Assembly (NCBI GenBank): GCA_001724265.1
Contig: MEDY01000659.1
Span: 62,001-95,715, forward strand
DNA length: 33,715 bases
Direction: 5' to 3'
Source: Rhizaria sp. SCN 62-66
Lineage: Eukaryota
The translations under genes and the position numbers were made by a program. Below, one piece after another: positions 10,001 through 20,000 of this stretch. Position 1 is the first letter of the stretch, and the number at the start of each line of letters is the position of its first letter. The notes under the pieces were generated by a model, which was given only the letters and a program-made list of their open reading frames with translations, had not been told where the DNA came from and ran no database searches.

Positions 10001-12563
10001 GCGCCGAGGAGCGCGAGCTCGCGCTGGCGGGGGACATCTTCGGCAAAGCGCAGGCGCGCCGGGCCGGGCTGGTCGGCGACGACGGCGAGGCGGTGGGCGA
10101 CGGGTACGGTGCGTTTTACGACGACGAGGAGGATGAAGACGGGCCTGACGAAGAGGGCCGCGCTCTTATCGCGCGTCCCGGCGGCGCTGCGAGTGGAGGG
10201 CGGGGACACGGTTCATCCTCCACGCCTGGTGGCGGCCCGCGCTCTACAACTGCTAGTAGCACTGGCGCTGGCTCCGGCGCTGGCGCTGGCGCGGCAATGG
10301 CCACGCCCGGTGTCGGCCGATCGTCGCGTGCGCGCCGCGGTGGCCGTAGCGGCGGTGCAGGCACTCCCGGAGGCGCGTCATTGCACGATCTGGGTGTGCT
10401 AACCCCGCATCTTGCGTCGCCCTCCGCGCCATCAGCACCGGCGGCAGCGGGGCCAGCGGCGCTGGTGTATCCGTTCCCGTCACCGGTGCAACAAAACGCC
10501 GCTGCTGCCGCTGCCGCTGCCTCTGCTGGCGCGCTGCCGTGGGGACTGTCCGGCCCCTCGATGAACCAGGCGCAGGCGCAGGCGCAGGTTGTCGAGATGG
10601 GGAGTCTTGGCGCCAGTCGGCTTGGTAGCGGCGCGGGCAGCCGCGCGACTGACGCGCTGCGCCGCGCTGCTCAGGCCCGCCACGAGGCCCATAACAATAC
10701 TAACAGTGCTGCTGGTGCTGGCGCTGGCGCTGACGCTGGTGCTGGTGGTGCACAGGGCGCTGTGATGCGCTTTGGGCAGCCCTCGGGCGTCGGGCGTGCG
10801 CTGTCCGACGGCCCTCGCCAGCGCGGCACTCCTCTGCTCGCCTCGGCCTCTGGCGTTGGCGCTGGCGCTGGCGCTGAGGCCGGGGGCTCGCGGTCGCACG
10901 GCCTGCAGCTGCCCGGTCAGTTCGTGCCCACTGTGTTCGTCTCGCGCCAAGAGGCCGAGGCGCGCGGGGCACAGATTCTGCTCGAACGCGATGGTCTCGG
11001 GGCATCGCGCGATCCGGCCACCATCGCCGCCGCCGCCGCCGCGCGCGCCGCTGCCGTGGCCGCGGCCGCCGCCGAGGCCGCCGCGCTGGCCGGCGACGCC
11101 GCGCTGGATGACGCTGACGGCGTCCCGCTCTCCGCGTTCTTGCAGGGCAACGCAGACCGCGTTGGCGCCCAGCTGGACGCGATCCGCGACGCGCTCGTGC
11201 GGGCTAAGGAAGACGGCCGTGAGCGTGCTGTGCTGTGTGTAGACCGGCATCACTTGGTGCGCGTGCTGGCCGATGACCAGTGCGCGATGCCTGCGGAAGC
11301 GGAGGAGATTATGCACAGGACGGACCGCGCATGCCCTGACGTGCTGGGCATTCTCACGCCGTTTTTCGTGATCATGACGTACGCAAAACAAAAAAGCCAG
11401 TGTTTCTAAAACCAAAGAGAACTATTTTTTATTTCAAACGCATATTCAGCAACATATCTCACACAAATGTCGTTTTATTATATCTATTTTAATGTTTTCC
11501 TTTGTTTTCTTTTAGACTGACGCTGTATTTCATGCATGCGTACTCGCGCGACACCTCGCGGCTGCCTCTGACGGGTACCTCTGACCCTCTGTACTACATT
11601 GCCGAAGATGATGGCGGCATTGGCAGCTTTACCCTTGTCTTTATTATCGTCGCCGTCGCCTTCTTAGTTGTTTTCATCTCCATTATGGTCTGCATTGCAC
11701 GCTGCCGCGAGGCATGTGCGCGCGCGTTTAAGGTCTTTGTTGCGGCTGAATTGTTTTTCATGTTCGCAGCTGGGTTATATGTCATGATATCACTTTTTGC
11801 CGCCGACATCCAGCTTCCTCTCGACGCCATTACGTTCTCCGTTCTCATCTTTAACGCTTCTGTCCTGGGCGTCTTGACCGCTTATCTCGACCGTGTCTCT
11901 GCCCCGTTGCGCCGCGCCGGACTCGTGGTGCTATACCTCACTTTCGCAGTCGTTCTAGGTTGCGTTATGCCCGCACTTGTGCTTGGTATCTTCCTCGGAT
12001 GCATGTGTCTGGTGGATTTGCTCGCGATGGTGCTGCCCAACGGACAAGAGATGACGCCGTTCCTTGTGCCGGCCACGTTCCAGATGATCTACGACCGCCC
12101 CCGCATCCTCTATCAGGTACGTTTTGCGTCGACGCCTTTCGACCGACTCTGCTCTCACATGACAAGCCAGATCATTGAGTGACCCTTGCTATTTGAAATA
12201 ACTTGTTCTGAAACTCACATTTTTCACTTTGTTTTGTGACATTTGCTCTCGTTCGATTGCTGTGCATTTTTTTAGGTTGGCACGAGCACTCGCCTGCGCG
12301 TGGGTGATTTTATCTGGTTTGCCTTTATCGTCGCCATTGCTGACGCACAGCGCATCTTCACTGTCATTCTCGCCTTCCTGGCCGCGCTCTCCGTCCTCTG
12401 CATGTGCGCGTTTGCGCTGCCGTACAAGGGCGTGGAGCTGCGTCCACTTGTGCTCGCCGGTGTGTGTCTTGTCGTCATCCTGATTCTTGCGCCTTATTCG
12501 CTTTCGCCGTACAAGGATATCCTGATTGCGCCGACCACGGGCACTACTTCTTTCCTCACGTAA
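7032..12563 (+). CDS. F-box/LRR + Cys/His cluster + presenilin-like (peptidase A22A-type) multi-pass membrane fusion protein, ~1688 aa; exons 7032-8840, 9010-11378, 11516-12116, 12276-12563
   Basis: F-box (LSDDLVAYCASFLDVSDLARLAATCQRLRHAVYHTVLWASLDL) and LRRs (LQTLNLSGCTALTDKAL; LRTLTLTHCYNFT) in exon 1. Three GTACG...AG introns join all exons in frame (phases 0, 2, 0). The C-terminal ~310 aa are collinear with presenilin TM1-9 (LDAITFSVLIFNASVLG; CLVDLLAMVLPNG; RVGDFIWF; LSPYKDIL). Ends TAA. Confidence 0.8.
8253..8650 (+). other. F-box domain followed by cysteine-containing leucine-rich repeats (FBXL-type)
   Basis: F-box-like pattern L-S-D-D-L...FLD..DL.RLA.TC.RL ending in LW..LDL; LxxLxLxxCxxLTD repeats follow. 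Confidence 0.85.
8841..9009 (+). other. Spliceosomal intron 1 (169 bp, phase 0)
   Basis: CAG|GTACGC donor, AT-rich body, long T tract, AAG|GAG acceptor. Joins GGQ|ERQRNPCW in frame. A nearby alternative AG is possible. Confidence 0.8.
11379..11515 (+). other. Spliceosomal intron 2 (137 bp, phase 2) joining the soluble region to the presenilin-like region
   Basis: AC|GTACGC donor and TTTTCTTTTAG|A acceptor. The splice recreates ACA (Thr) and one continuous hydrophobic helix VLGILTPFFVIMTLTLYFMHAY. Confidence 0.8.
12117..12275 (+). other. Spliceosomal intron 3 (159 bp, phase 0)
   Basis: CAG|GTACGT donor and TTTTTTTAG|GTT acceptor. Joins RPRILYQ|VGTSTRLRVGDFIW, bringing the two presenilin Asp motifs into one protein. 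Confidence 0.85.
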
Positions 12564-12657
12564 AAAAAAGCGACTGCGCGCATCAGAAGAATTACCGATC
12601 AGCCGACATTACGGTGTCATGAGCGATTCTGTGTTTGCACTGTCATGTGATGTGATG

Positions 12658-12699
12658 TGTAACGCGGAGTTATGCTGATGTAAAGCGGAGTTATGCTGC
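12658..12699 (+). repeat. 21-bp imperfect tandem duplication in the 3' region
   Basis: tgtaacgcggagttatgctga / tgtaaagcggagttatgctgc. Confidence 0.8.
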
Positions 12700-13138
12700 T
12701 TTATCAGCTGTGATGTTTTTGTTCTGTTATGCCATGTTCTGTTCTGTGTGACCGACTTGTGTCTTGTTAATCTCATTAGTATTTTAGTGACATGGACTCA
12801 ATACATCGATAGATCTCTTTGATTATCGTTTCAACTTTCCTGCTGATAGAGGACGTATTTGAAGCGAAAAGGATTCGTAGGATTTATTATCAGATCAAAT
12901 ATACAGACTGATCAGTCAGTTCGCAGCAATGTCGACAGTGATAAGAGTATCAGAATATCGTAAATCAGCGAGATATAATGATAGACACAGCACATATGAC
13001 AAATCATTTGTTCAATAAATGCTAGGTATGAGTAGTACAACTATTCGATGAAACAAATAAGATAATTATTGATGGGAAAGCAAAATGAAGTAGAGAGGTT
13101 AAGTAGTGGCCATGGGAAGTTCTTGCTGCAGCAAAGCC

Positions 13139-15046
13139 TTAGGTAAACCCATATGAGAGCGTGTACTCCGGTGCGATATAAAACCCAGAGCATCCCGGGA
13201 TCTTTTTCATGCAGGTATACAGCGCCACGTGCTCACAGTCACCCCCTTCGTACCGGCACTGACGCAGACACCGCGCCTTATAGATCACCTGCCCGCCAAA
13301 CATCGAGTCAACGGGCACCCACGCAGCCTGCCGGTGGTAGAGCCACCACGACGCCTGTTGCCGAGCCGTGTACGTAAACGGGTCGTTAAACCGTGCGTCC
13401 CGGAACGCGAGAGTGTCGTAATACGTCGGCGCAGGGAGATGAAGTCCGAAATGCCAGCGCGTGCCAAACGCCCCGACCGCGGCCCAGTCGCGCGCAAGTG
13501 CTTCGGGGGTCAGTGCGGCGAGGAAAGCGTCCGACGGTGGCGCGAGGTCAAGGTCGGTGACGATGACGTAGTCCAAGTCGTCGAACTCTGGCTGAGAGAG
13601 AACTTCCATATACTCGTTGCGGTACGCAGCAAGCTTGCGGAAGCGTTCACTGGAAAAGCCGCCGGTAGAGACCGCGGAAGTGGCGTTGAGGTTGCGGGAA
13701 ACGATGGTGATGTCTTTGGGGGACGCGTGCGCGCGGTGCCAGTCCATCAACACTTCTTTGGTGTTGTCCGTCGAGTCATTCTCGAAAAACACATAGCGCG
13801 TGCTGTTGAAGTACCTTGCCGTCTCAGTCAGCACCGGGAGCGACTTGCCCAGCCGCGCGGCAATGTTATGCGCAAGCCCGACGATGGCAACCTTGGAGGA
13901 CAGAGAGTGGCGCTCGGCCTCGCGCCGCATGTAGGGCGTGATGGGTGAGATTGCGACGTTGAGCAAGTGGCTGATCACAGTCGCGAACACCAGCACAAGC
14001 CACAGCACGAGGGCTGAGTAAGAGACAGCGCGGCGCACGTTGACGCCGCGGGTGCGAGAGCTCAGCAGCAACGGCGTCTGCGACGGGGACTGAGGGGATG
14101 ACGATTGCTGCGGCAGTGGGTGTGGGGATGGCTGTGACTGGGACTGGGAGAGCGAGCGCGCTCGCAACTGCGCCTGGGGCTGCGCCGGAGACTGCGCCGA
14201 AGACTGAGACTGTGATTGTGGTTGCGAGTGAGGCTGCGACCGCGACTGCGCCAGCGGCGGCGGCGCGCAGAGGGTTGAAAGGGCGGTAACCGCGCGGAGG
14301 AGGGGGGACGGCAACGGCAGCGCACTGCGCGCCGCAGTCAGCACCGGTGACGACGCACACAGCTCCACTGTGCCTGAGGCGGAGGATACGCCCGAGATGG
14401 ATAGACGCGGCGCCGGGAGGTTAACCACAGTCATGCCAGACCAACTGCTGCTGTTGCTGCGAGAGCTGCCAATGTGGTTTAAAATATTGTTATCTGCGGC
14501 AGTTGCTGTTGTTGCTGCTGTTAACCCACGCGCACGATCACGCGCCCCGCGGCCAAGCCCACCAAGGCCAAAACCACTAAAGCTGGAACCCGTGGCGGCA
14601 GCAGCGGCGGCCACGGCGTCGTCGTCGTCGGCGTCGAGGTGGTCGGGCTCTTTGGCGAGGCTTGTGTAGGACGTGGCGCCGAATGCGCCCTTGGCCTTGC
14701 GACGGGTTGTCTGCGTTGGTTGCGGAGAACGATCTTGATGTCCGTCGTCATCATCATAGTCTTTCTCGTCATCGTCGTCGTCTGTTTCGTCGCCGTCGTC
14801 GTGGGCGTTGCTCTCGCGAGGGATGACGGTGAGGGGACGGACGACATCGCTGTCGCTGTACTTGCGCAGCCCGGTTCCGGTGTTGGCGCCATTGCGCTAA
14901 TCAGACGACGCGGAAAAGTGCTTGCTGACCAACGTGACGGTCGGCGCGTTGGTGCTAATCGGAGACGTGAGGCGCTTGGAGTTGGGCGATACAGCAGAGC
15001 CGGTGCTCAGTTTAAGCGAGAGCTGAGAGAGCTCCTTATCCTGCAT
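13139..15046 (-). CDS. Type II membrane glycosyltransferase, GT-A fold, CAP59/cryptococcal mannosyltransferase-like (~635 aa if TAG 14897-14899 is read as sense)
   Basis: TM helix YSALVLWLVLVFATVISHLL, then VAIVGLAHN, FFENDSTDNT, RFRKLAAYRNEY, DYVIVTDLD (DxD), YYDTLAFRD, VPVDSMFGG, CEHV. The frame continues upstream of the listed ORF through an acidic tract and one TAG to ATG 15046 (AAAATG context). Ends TAA. Confidence 0.8.
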
Positions 15047-17011
15047 TTTCAGCCGCGTTCAAAAGAAGAAAGCGTTAAAAACGGCACAAAAGCAGAAAAA
15101 GTAGCCTATGTCCTGTACAATTGAGCGATGGCAACGATAACGCTGCGTATGTAGAGGGACACGCTCCTTTAAGAAGCCCTGTTCGGTTTAACACAGAGCA
15201 TCGTCAAGCCAAAAGGAAAAACGGGATAAAAGTGAGTGGAGCGCATCATAGCAAAAAATACTATTACAATCAAATACAAAATAAAACACAATACACATAT
15301 ATCCATACATTAACCACATTTACGAGGTCTGTGTACGAGGAGACGATGTGCGACTTGACCCCACGTCGCTCCCTTTGGAAGAGAACCGGATTGACCACAA
15401 GTTCGATTTAGGTGTCATTTCAAACATTTTCAGTGGCGACAGAAGCAGTTTCAGAGTTAAAAATAAAATGATGGAGGTAGTTGGATTATAGTTTGGATCA
15501 TGTATTATGTTTCCATTGTGCATACCCTCAAACAACTGCGCATTTCAGTCTTGTCATAACAAACAACGAGCAACGCGCGAGTCCTTGCAGATAGCAACTC
15601 TTGGCTCGAGTCAGCGTGTAAGCGCACAACACGAGCAAGAGAGCAAAAATGCAAGAAACAAACGTGCAGTGGTTTGTGAAATAACAGACTGCCCTCGCTA
15701 CATGCCACATTCACTGCGACACAGCGAGGAGAGACCCGAGGTTTAACCATAAAAAAATAAGTAAACACCTCGAGCCACACAAACACGAACAGCTGCCCTC
15801 AAGCAACGTAAAAAATAAAAAAACATCAACTTAAATGCTATCCAGTACAACTCACTCGACGGGGCGTGCAGGGGGCCATCACGCAGCGCAGCGGAAACAG
15901 CTCGGCGTGGGGACAAACCAAGACACGACACATTTAAGTGGCGGTACACGTAAGAAAGAAAAAACATACGAAAAAACGGATGATGAAGACGGGTTCAGAG
16001 GAGGAAACAAGCATCCCGTTTTCCATTCTGAGTCCCCGCCTCCCTGCGCCACAGAGGCCCGGCAAGCGAGTGGGTTCGGACCAACCTGGCGCGCGTGCTA
16101 TGTGTACACGCAGTGCTACAGTGAAGCGCAATAGACGCGACGCGGCGGTGATGTGTGTCGGTGGTGTGTGGCGCTCTGGGACGGCTGCTGCAAGGCGGGG
16201 CGCGCGCACGGAGAGCGATGGGAAGCGGTCCGGGGCAACGCAGCGGGCGAGAGCGAAGGCGGACAGACGAGGAGATGGTGCATGCGGTGACTGTGAACAA
16301 CAGCGCGCGTGTTAAGAATACGTCTGCATGCGCGAGTCTTAGTGGAGCGGGGAGTGTAAGGGACTGTGTGTGTGGGGGAGGATATGCGGGGGACGCTAGA
16401 GAGCACAGCCACGTGTTGCCAGAATGACCATCGCCACTCGGACAACCCGCGGTCAGCGCTTTATAGCTAGCATAGCCACAAAAACACAATAACCGACCCA
16501 CACAGCAACGACACAACATCCACGATTCAATGACCAACACATACAAACGTACAGCGCACTGTTGCAACACATTGTCATCGCGACACAGCATCTGACTCGC
16601 CTGTCTCCACCGCTCGCCTGTCGCGAAGCACACCTGACCGACCCACGCGTCGCACGCGGCCGTCGCCAAGCAGTCCTGTCAGCCGACCAAGAGAAACACC
16701 CCCACACAACAGAAATAGACAAACACGCAGCGTGCGTCCCGAGCTCCACCGAGCTTAAGCGCAAACGTATTTAAGGCAAATATAAAAAACAAAATCAATT
16801 CAATAACAACAGCTGCGACCGTGGTTGCCGCTCAGTGTACGAAGCGTGAGCAGAGTGAACGCGTGAGACTGAGAAGAGGAGTCTTGCAACCCCTCCCCTC
16901 GGTTCACGGCCACTCTAATTGTTGACTCACGACAAGCACTGACGGCGATAGAGCATAACACGGCACACAGCAGCACAACAAGTATCATCAAAGAACAGCC
17001 ATCACAACTGC

Positions 17012-20000
17012 TTACGCAGCGGAGACAGCGTCCTCGGTAGCCACGACCTCAACGGCCACAGCCTCGGCGTCCGTGGCGCCTTCCTCGTCGTGGTGAGCCG
17101 CAGAGGCAGCACCAGAGGCGAGGGGCTGAGTCTCAACAGCCTGAGTCGAGACAGCAACAGCCGCGACGTAAGGAGTGTAGGTCTTGTTCGCAGTCTCAAC
17201 GTACTCCTCGAAGGAATCCATGTGGTACGCGGTCAGGCCACGGGCAGCGACATCGGCGGGCGCGCCGGAGGAAGTGAGCGTAGCAGCGAGGAAGAAGAAG
17301 ATGGGGGAGAAGATGAAGAGCTCGATGGCAACGGCGGCGAAACCAGAGCCAATCCACTTGCCAACGGAAGCAGTCACGGTGGTGCCGAGCTGGATGCCGA
17401 AAGCAACGATAAGAATAGCGCAAGCAACGGCGTAGGCGAAGAAGAAGAAGCCAGCGGCGATGGACGCGCCGGAAGAGCCGTAGCCCTTGTCAGAGAGAGT
17501 CTTCTGAACGTGCTTCTTGTCGAGGACAACCGCAGAGCGGAGCAGGGAGTGAACCGTGGAGGTGTTGCCCTTCTTCTCCTCAGCAAGGATGTTCTGGTAG
17601 ACGCCACGGTAGTTGTGGTTGGCACCAGCCTTGAGGGAAGCCTGCTCGGAGGCGGGGAAGTAGGTCGAGGTGCCGGTGTGGTACAAAGCGGCGAGCTCGA
17701 GAGCGTACTTGTACAGGAAGGCCTTGGGGCCAGACGAATGACTCATGCGGAGGACATTGGCGAAGATGATGTTGACAATGACGAGGAGACCAGCAGCAAG
17801 GAAGATAACACCGGGGTAGTTATCAAGCGAGTTGCGAGTCTTCATGCCGCCCCAGAACATGGCAGTGAGCGTGAAGCCAGTGAGGGCAACGAGCATCGCA
17901 ACAGCCATGCGAGTGGCCGAGGAGACGTTGTCGTACGACGAGCGGGCAAAGACAGAGTAGAAGAGCTGGTTGGCCGACATGAGAGTGGACGTGCGACTAA
18001 ACTGGTTGTCGGTGCGCGCAGTGGAAGCGGCCGCAGTGCCGAGCTCAGCGTCAGAGTGCCACTGGATGAGGAGCATCTTGATCGCCTCACCAGACTTGGA
18101 ATTGTCGATAGCCTTCGCGATGAGCACGAAGATGACAAACACGGCCATCCAGACGAAGACGACGTAGAGAGGAGTCATGTTGTCCTTGACATTGCTGTTG
18201 TTGACGGTGAGCCAAGCATCAGAGCCGTAGTCAGCACGAGCACGGAACGCGGTGAGGTGAGAGCACTCGCAGACAGTGTAGTCGTCGTGGCGTTTGTACA
18301 GCGAGCAGCCAGAAGAGCCCCAAGCGTCGGACTCGGACTCGATGGTTGAGTCGGAGGAGCCCTCGACGAAGTACTGGCAGGCCGGGAACTCAGAGTCCGC
18401 GTCAGGGAAGCCACCGACGTGGGGGACAGTGATGCGGGCACGCTTGAACGAGCTGGTGTCGAGCTTCACGCCAGTGGTGGAGTAGAAGGCGAGACCGGTG
18501 AGCTGGGAGACCTTGGTGATGGGGACAGCAGCACCAGCGTTGGCAATAGCAACATTGTCAGTGATCTTGTATGACGCGACGTAGAACTTGTTCACGTTGT
18601 TGTTCTCGAACTGCTCAAACAGGTCCGCAGAGACGGTCTTGTCCTCGAAACCAGCACCAGAGAAGGCGGCGATCGCCTCAGCAGGGGTGGCGGCAAACGC
18701 GGTGACAGAGATGGGACCAGAGGACAGCGAGACGGGGGTCGCGGCAGTCGCGGGCGAAATAGCACTGCGGATCGCAGTCGCGACAATGGGGCCGAGCTGC
18801 TGAACAATCGAGTCCACGACGACAGCAGAGGTCTGAACATCATCGTGAGTGTTGGCGGCAGCGAGAGCGTTGGCGAGCGTGGAAAGCGCGGTGGTCACAA
18901 CAGAACCAGTGGAAGACGAGCCAGAGCGGGCAATGGTCTTGAGGTGCGTGCCCTGGAGACGAAGCGAAGTCGCGATGGTGTCGGGAGTCGTCTGCTTGGG
19001 AGCAGAGAGCACGTTGGCGATAGCCGAGACCGCGAGCTGAGAGCCCTCGACGTTGGCAACAGCAGTGCCGGAGGACTCGGCCTGGCCGAAGAGAGCGGCG
19101 TGCGAAACAATAGCCTCGAGGTACGCAGCACGGACAGCAGTGGCGTTGGCAACATCGGTCGCGGCGGAGAGACTGGCGGGGATGCTGGAAGCAAAGGCGT
19201 AGGCATCGTTCTGGGCAATGGCATCAGCGACACCACTGAGGGCAGACGCACCAGCAGCAGAGCTGTTGATGACGGTACCGTTGACTACGTCAATGGAGAT
19301 GGACTTACGCAGAGTGATGAAGCGGTTGGTAAGATCAGTCGTCTTGCTCGTGGTGACTTCAGCACTGATGGTCTGAACACCACGGGACAGAGGACCGCAC
19401 CAGACATTGCGGTTACCATTGAAGAGAGTCGTGGTAGCGCCGTTCATAGTCGTCGTGAAGCGAGTGTAGCCAGTGGCGCCAACAACAATGGCGTAGATCA
19501 TCGAGTTCTTGTACATACCGAGGTATTCGTACTCAAGTTCAAGATCCTTGACGTTAACGGGCTTGACGACACGGAAAAGGAGCGTAGCAGAGGCGTGGTA
19601 CCACTTGTTAGCCTTGGCAGTGTTGTAAATGTCACGGAGGTTCTCGTAGGCAGAGATGTCCTGCTTAGGGAAGATCACGTACGTGCAGCGGAGCTGAGCG
19701 TTGAGCTTGTTAGCCTCACCGAAGTACGAACCACGGAGCACAAGGCGGTCGGTGTTGAACAGAGACGTGGTAGCGGCAACAGCGAGGTCGACGTCGGGGC
19801 AGATCCAGACGGAGGAGTAATCGTTCTGGGGCACAGACACAACGGCCTCAAGCACAACGTCAGAGTCATCGAAGTAGCGCACAACGTAGTTGTTGGACAG
19901 CGTGGCAACAAGACCACCGGAAGTAATAGCGTTCTTGATCTGACCACTGGCCTTCATGAACTGAACATCAGTAATGTTGCCAATGTTCTCAAGGTTGGGA

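Noticed and set aside
2207-11415. Many overlapping Arg/Pro/Ala-rich ORFs in alternative frames
   Set aside because: Off-frame products of very GC-rich, stop-poor coding DNA.
11502-12563. Stand-alone presenilin gene starting at TTG 11502 or a nearby ATG
   Set aside because: The region just upstream is an intron with good donor and acceptor, and half of the TM1-equivalent helix lies in the previous exon.
15100-17011. ORFs 15995..16669, 15938..16315 and a + frame at about 15300-15746 containing a TAG
   Set aside because: No coding-type codon bias, good start or motifs. The minus strand is GT/T-rich, consistent with a long 3' UTR of the PKD1-like gene plus the glycosyltransferase promoter. Not counted as evidence for recoding.
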